Positions 62,290 through 64,000 of a stretch of 64,000 nucleotides of DNA are shown here, piece after piece (positions within the stretch are counted from its first letter, which is position 1; the number at the start of each line of letters is the position of its first letter). A program made the translations under genes and the position numbers. Source of the DNA: Hypanus sabinus (Eukaryota); the NCBI RefSeq assembly GCF_030144855.1, contig NW_026779567.1, positions 1 through 64,000 on the forward strand, in the 5' to 3' direction. The notes below the pieces were generated by a model. The model was not told the DNA's origin, did not search any database, and saw only the letters and a list, made by a program, of their open reading frames with translations.

Positions 62290-62527
62290 AAAAACAGAAA
62301 CAGCAGAAAATCTGTGGATGTTGGAAATCCAAGCAACACATATACAAAATACTGGAGGGAACTAGGAGGCCAGGCAGCATATAAGGGAAATAGTAAACAG
62401 TTGACGTTTCGGGCCGAGACCCGTCATCAGGATTGGGGAAAAATAAAGATGAGACGTCAGAGGAATACGTGTGGGGATGAAAGGGGTAGAATAAATGGCA
62501 AGTTATGTGTGAAACCGGGAGGGAGGA
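62290..62527 (-). mobile_element. Penelope terminus
   Basis: Same terminal sequence family as 13249-13500. Confidence 0.75.
62398..62435 (-). ncRNA. Minimal type I hammerhead ribozyme motif (Penelope-associated)
   Basis: Minus strand reads CAATC CUGAUGA C GGGUC-UC-GGCCC GAAAC GUC AACUG: catalytic core intact, stem I partly decayed. Confidence 0.6.
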
Positions 62528-62529
62528 GT

Positions 62530-63989
62530 ATTTTGTAAATATACACAAATTTAGAATTTGATGGCTGCAACACACTCAGCAAAAGTTGAGACAGAGTTAA
62601 AATAAGATTGAAAAGTGCACAGAATATTCAAGTAACACTGGTTTGTAAGATTCCACATTAAGCAGGCTAATTGGTAGCAAGTGAGGTACCATGACTGGGT
62701 ATAAAAGTAGCATCCATCGGAGGCTCAGTCTTTGCAAGCAAGGATGGGTCGTGGCTCATCCCTTTGTGCCAAAATTCATGAGAGAATTGTTAGTCAGTTC
62801 AAAAGGAACATTTCCCAACACAAGATTACAGAGAATTTAGGTCTTTCAACATCTACATTACATAATATTGTGAAAAGATTCAGAGAATTCAGAGACATCT
62901 CAGTACGTAAAGGGCAAGGTCGGAAACCACTGTTGAATGCGAGTGATCTTCGAGCCCTCAGGCGGCACTGCCTGAGAAACCGTCTTGTTACTGTGACAAT
63001 TATCGCCACCTGGGCTTGGGAGTACTTCGGTAAATATTTGTCACTTAACACAGTCCGTCGCTGCATCCAGAAATGCAACTTGAAACTTTATTACGCAAGG
63101 AGGAAGCCATATATCAACTCTATGCAGAAGCGCCGTCGAGTTCTCTGGGGCCGAGCTAATCTCAGGTGGACCGAATCTCAGACTATGGAACCATGTGCTG
63201 TGGTCAGATGAGTCCACATTTCAGCTAGTTTTCGGAAAAAAACAGGCATCGAGTTCTCCGTGCCAAAGATGAAAACGACCATCCTGATTGTTATCAGCGA
63301 AAGCTGCAAAAGCCAGCATCTGTGATGGTATGGGGGTGCATCAGTGTCCACGGCATGGGTGAATTGCATGTATGTGAAGGTACCATTGACTCTGAGGCGT
63401 ATATTAGGATTTTAGAGAGACATATGTTGCCTCAAGGCGGCTTCTCTTCCCGGGACATCCATGCTTATTTCAGCAGGACAATGCCAGAACACATTCAGCA
63501 TGGGCTACAACAGCGTGGCTTTGTAGACACAGAGTGCGTGTGCTTGACTGGCCTGCTGCCAGTCCACATCTATCTCCTATTGAAAATGTATGGCACATCA
63601 TGAAGAGGAGAATCAAACAACGGAGACCACGGACTGCTGAGCAGCTGAAGTCATATATCAAGCAAGAATAGACAAAATTTCCCATTGCAAATCTACTACA
63701 ATTAGTATCCTAAGTTCCAAAACGATTAAAAGGTGTTATTAAAAGGAAAGGTGCTGTAACACAATGGTAAACATGCCTCTGTCTTAACTTTTGTTGAGAG
63801 TGTTCCAGCCATCAAATTCTAAATTTATATCTATTTCCAAAATAAATTAAGTTGGTCAGTAAAACTATTGAAAATATTTTCTTTGTACTTTTGTCAGTTA
63901 AATAAACGTTTACGTGAATTAACATATCACAGATTTTTGTTTTTATTGCATTTTGGAAAATATCCCAACTTTTCTGGAAATGGGGTTTG
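62530..63989 (+). mobile_element. Tc1/mariner (DD34E-type, IR/DR) transposon; left TIR truncated
   Basis: 62547-62597 is the reverse complement of 63777-63826. Right end ...GGAAATGGGGTTTG is followed by TA. Confidence 0.93.
62744..63770 (+). pseudogene. Tc1 transposase pseudogene
   Basis: MGRGSSL..GQGRKP..ARRKPYIN; WSDES; VMVWGC; FQQDNA; WPAASPHLSPIENVW; frameshifts and stops. Confidence 0.9.
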
Positions 63990-64000
63990 TAGAAAAACCC

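Overview
Repeat-rich vertebrate DNA, not prokaryotic. The mix of CR1, Rex/Babar and Penelope repeats and the NLR type point to a cartilaginous fish, probably a ray (inference). The one real host gene is an 11-exon NLR immune receptor on the minus strand (CDS 18896->4453). It encodes a death-fold/CARD-like N-terminus, FISNA-like and NACHT domains, and ribonuclease-inhibitor-type LRRs. All splice phases join into a 1014-codon frame that is broken by a single in-frame TAG at 9657-9659. A degenerate C2H2 zinc finger runs off the left edge. The rest is transposon debris: many CR1 and Rex LINE fragments; Penelope elements carrying minimal hammerhead-ribozyme motifs; a deleted endogenous retrovirus (gag, protease, a 2H phosphoesterase domain and env TM); a chromodomain Ty3/Gypsy element; solo LTRs; a hAT MITE with a perfect 8-bp TSD; a Tc1 transposase pseudogene; and a Sleeping Beauty-type terminal repeat. 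CpG-rich promoter/first-exon-like modules recur 3-4 times through old segmental duplication. There are two assembly gaps. Repeat boundaries are approximate unless a junction is quoted, and family names come from motif recognition, not database searches.
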